Virus record (IMG/VR): IMGVR_UViG_3300024581_003238
Location: 15,988-79,987 of that record
DNA length: 64,000 nucleotides
From: a virus
Strand: one strand, 5' to 3'
Positions within the stretch are counted from its first letter, which is position 1, and each line of letters opens with the position of its first letter. Made by a program: the position numbers and the translations under genes. The notes beneath the pieces were generated by a model. It ran no database searches. It was not told the origin of the DNA and saw only the letters and a program-made list of their open reading frames with translations. Shown piece after piece: positions 61,763-64,000 of the stretch.

Positions 61763-62074
61763 ATGATAGGTTTATTAGTTTTTTGGAGTTTTATGGCGTA
61801 TGGAATGACGACCATAATAGTATACGGTTCAATTTTCGAAGGTCTTCGGAATTGGATAAGCAAACACTCAAAATTTTTCGGTGAATTAGTTAATTGTCCA
61901 CTATGTACTTCTACATGGGTTGGATTCTTTTTATCGTTAACCTTAGGTGGTATAAGTTCAAAACTATTTTCAATAGGGTATTTCGGGATATTCTTTGACG
62001 GTCTTTTTACAGCGGGTGTTGTATGGGCAATAAACTCTTTCGTAGAATTTTTTGAAGAAAGTAGGATAAAATAA
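61763..62074 (+). CDS. Small membrane protein (DUF1360-like)
   Basis: Three hydrophobic segments and IF..LR...GELVNCPLCTSTWVG. Confidence 0.7.
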   Translation: MIGLLVFWSFMAYGMTTIIVYGSIFEGLRNWISKHSKFFGELVNCPLCTSTWVGFFLSLTLGGISSKLFSIGYFGIFFDGLFTAGVVWAINSFVEFFEESRIK

Positions 62075-62082
62075 CACCATGA

Positions 62083-62622
62083 ATGTTCATACCAGGCAAA
62101 TTCAACGATACCTTAATAAGGAACGAAGTGATTAGTTTTTTTAAACAAAGGTTTAGAATAAAATTAAAACATAATGACTTACATAACAAAATAGATTTAG
62201 TGGGGGTTAATGACCCTACTTTAGGTGTTGAGGTAGAACACGGTAAATGGGTTGGGGATTTTTGGGAAAACGACCACTATTCGTTGATTTCAGGGCAAAA
62301 GTTCAGAACAGCAAACATACCGATGAGAAAAGAAAAATATTGGTTAGATGAGTTTGTTTATTATAACAAGGTCAGAAAAAATCTTAGTGGTTCTAAAAAT
62401 ATTTTTGTTAGAAGTAACATAGATTTCACACAATTCTTGGTTATAAGACCCGAGACGATTAGGGATCCTAAAAAACTAATTAGAACCAAATTTAAACCAT
62501 CTAACAGTAACGACATTGAGGGATGGTTATCATTTAAAATGGAAGATGTAGAAACCTATAATGTTAAGAATGGTAAATTTTATAAACAAAAGGTAAATGG
62601 AACACGAAAATCCGTACATTAA
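62083..62622 (+). CDS. Hypothetical protein, possible restriction-endonuclease-like fold
   Basis: IDLVG....LGVEVEH resembles a PD-(D/E)XK core with an ExE variant. Confidence 0.5.
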   Translation: MFIPGKFNDTLIRNEVISFFKQRFRIKLKHNDLHNKIDLVGVNDPTLGVEVEHGKWVGDFWENDHYSLISGQKFRTANIPMRKEKYWLDEFVYYNKVRKNLSGSKNIFVRSNIDFTQFLVIRPETIRDPKKLIRTKFKPSNSNDIEGWLSFKMEDVETYNVKNGKFYKQKVNGTRKSVH

Positions 62623-64000
62623 GGTAACATGGCATGACACTCCTGAGTCGTTCACACCTGAAAAAATAAAGAGGGTTAAGACGTACTTTAAGGAAAAGTA
62701 TAATACCCGTTTTATAAAGGTAATAACCAAAGTTGCAAATTTCAATCCTAATCAGAAACTTAAATCGTTAGAGATAAGCGAGAGTATTTTAGACACCAAC
62801 TATCAAAAACTCTTAATGAAAGATTTTATTAAACAAAATAAAATCAATACTCATGGAGACATGATAGATAGGTTAGATAATAAAGTTAATGAGGAGATAT
62901 TATCTAAAGACGATACAATTATAAAATACAATAGATGGTACCTTAAAAATGTTGAGTTTTCAAACTTTCTGTCATTTGGAGAAAATAATAAAATTGATTT
63001 TGAAAATTTAAATGGTATAACCGTGGTAGAATCAAATCCACGAAATTTTGGTGGTAAGTCTACATCTACTGTTGATCTTTTAATGTTCTTATTTTTCAAT
63101 ACAACAACTAAGACTAACAAAGCGGAGGAGATATTTAATAGGTTCACTGATAAAGATAGGGTATTTGTAAAAGGGGTTATTACTATTGACGGTGAGGATT
63201 ATATAATAGAACGTACGATCACTAGAAAATTAGGAAGAACTGAAAAATATACAATAAAAAATGATTTACAGTTCCATAAGATTTTGGAAGATGGGACCAT
63301 TAAGAATCTATCGGGAGAGCAGAGAAAAGAAACCGAAAAATTCATTGTTAAAGCGATAGGTACTAAAAAAGATTTCCTCTCAACAATCTTAACAACCGGT
63401 TATAATTTAGAAGAATTAATCGACACTAAACCAACCGAAAGAGGTCAAATATTGACTAAATTTATTGGGTTAGAGGCGTTGAAGGAGAAGGAGATTGTTT
63501 GTAGGGAAATGAAAAATACCTATGAAAGAAAAATGTTATCTAACACACACGATAAAGTTGAGTTAGAAAAACAAATTGATCAATTCCACGAACAAATTAA
63601 ACAGAGGGATGATGAATCCACCAAAAAATCTAAAGAATTAGATGAGACAACTAAACGTCTTGCAGAATTAGAGGTAAAGAAAGACAAGATCCTCAGTGAA
63701 AAACATAATGATGTAGACGAGTCGTTAGTTAAAACAAATCCAACAACGATTAAAAATGAGATTAAGGAATGTGATGTTAAAATAGCAAGAATAAAAAAGA
63801 CTTTAGATGAAACCACAGTAAAAGAACCTAAAAATTACTATCTTGAGGAGAAACATGATACACTAAAAGACCTTATTAGAGATTTAAATTTTGACGTTAA
63901 AGAGAAAGAGTTATCGATAGATAAATGTGAACTTCAAATAAAACAACTTACCGAAGGTAGTACTTGTCCCACATGTAAAAGACCTTTAGAGGGGGTCGAT
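62597..64000 (+). CDS. SbcC/Rad50/gp46-like ATPase (runs off window end; absent from ORF track)
   Basis: ATG 62597; LKNVEFSNFLSFG, Walker A NFGGKST, a long coiled coil and an in-frame zinc hook CPTC at 63965-63976. Confidence 0.9.
   Translation, partial: MEHENPYIKVTWHDTPESFTPEKIKRVKTYFKEKYNTRFIKVITKVANFNPNQKLKSLEISESILDTNYQKLLMKDFIKQNKINTHGDMIDRLDNKVNEEILSKDDTIIKYNRWYLKNVEFSNFLSFGENNKIDFENLNGITVVESNPRNFGGKSTSTVDLLMFLFFNTTTKTNKAEEIFNRFTDKDRVFVKGVITIDGEDYIIERTITRKLGRTEKYTIKNDLQFHKILEDGTIKNLSGEQRKETEKFIVKAIGTKKDFLSTILTTGYNLEELIDTKPTERGQILTKFIGLEALKEKEIVCREMKNTYERKMLSNTHDKVELEKQIDQFHEQIKQRDDESTKKSKELDETTKRLAELEVKKDKILSEKHNDVDESLVKTNPTTIKNEIKECDVKIARIKKTLDETTVKEPKNYYLEEKHDTLKDLIRDLNFDVKEKELSIDKCELQIKQLTEGSTCPTCKRPLEGVD

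Noticed and set aside
1-64000. Stop-codon reassignment
   Set aside because: The standard code gives dense, full-length genes, and both TAG (e.g. 17805, 35064) and TGA (e.g. 24155) end genes at the expected positions.

Overview
The window is a 64-kb segment of a large, AT-rich, contractile-tailed (myovirus-type) dsDNA phage. Every credible gene is on the + strand and reads in the standard genetic code. Gene order: end of tail sheath, tail tube, tail-assembly chaperone with a probable +1 frameshift extension, tape measure-like protein, and large baseplate-hub proteins. Next comes a T4-like replication block (ssDNA-binding protein, UvsX/RecA, 5'-3' exonuclease, DnaB-like helicase, class Ia NrdB/NrdA). 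This is followed by baseplate wedge genes and a ~19-kb cluster of Cys-rich, Pro/Thr-linker fibre/adhesin genes with cadherin, SprB and vWA domains. The window ends with a RuvC-like resolvase, a class III aminotransferase, primase, a PD-(D/E)XK nuclease, two cytidylyltransferases and SbcD/SbcC-like genes. SprB repeats, the eukaryote-like/Bacteroidota-type RNR, and A-rich or very short leaders without Shine-Dalgarno sites suggest a Bacteroidota host (inference). The best candidate for an undescribed system is a scaffoldin-like baseplate protein carrying 11 Cys-containing beta-strand peptides ([11 protein letters not shown]) on Pro/Thr linkers of graded length, followed by a family of adhesin genes with a shared single-Cys N-terminal domain; this may be a branched, modular receptor-binding array. 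Other leads are a strongly enriched [S/T]-G-x-T motif in virion proteins, a UUU_CGU +1 frameshift site, a TATTTATA late-promoter-like motif and two structured intergenic RNAs. All protein calls come from motifs and gene context read by eye; no database searches were run.
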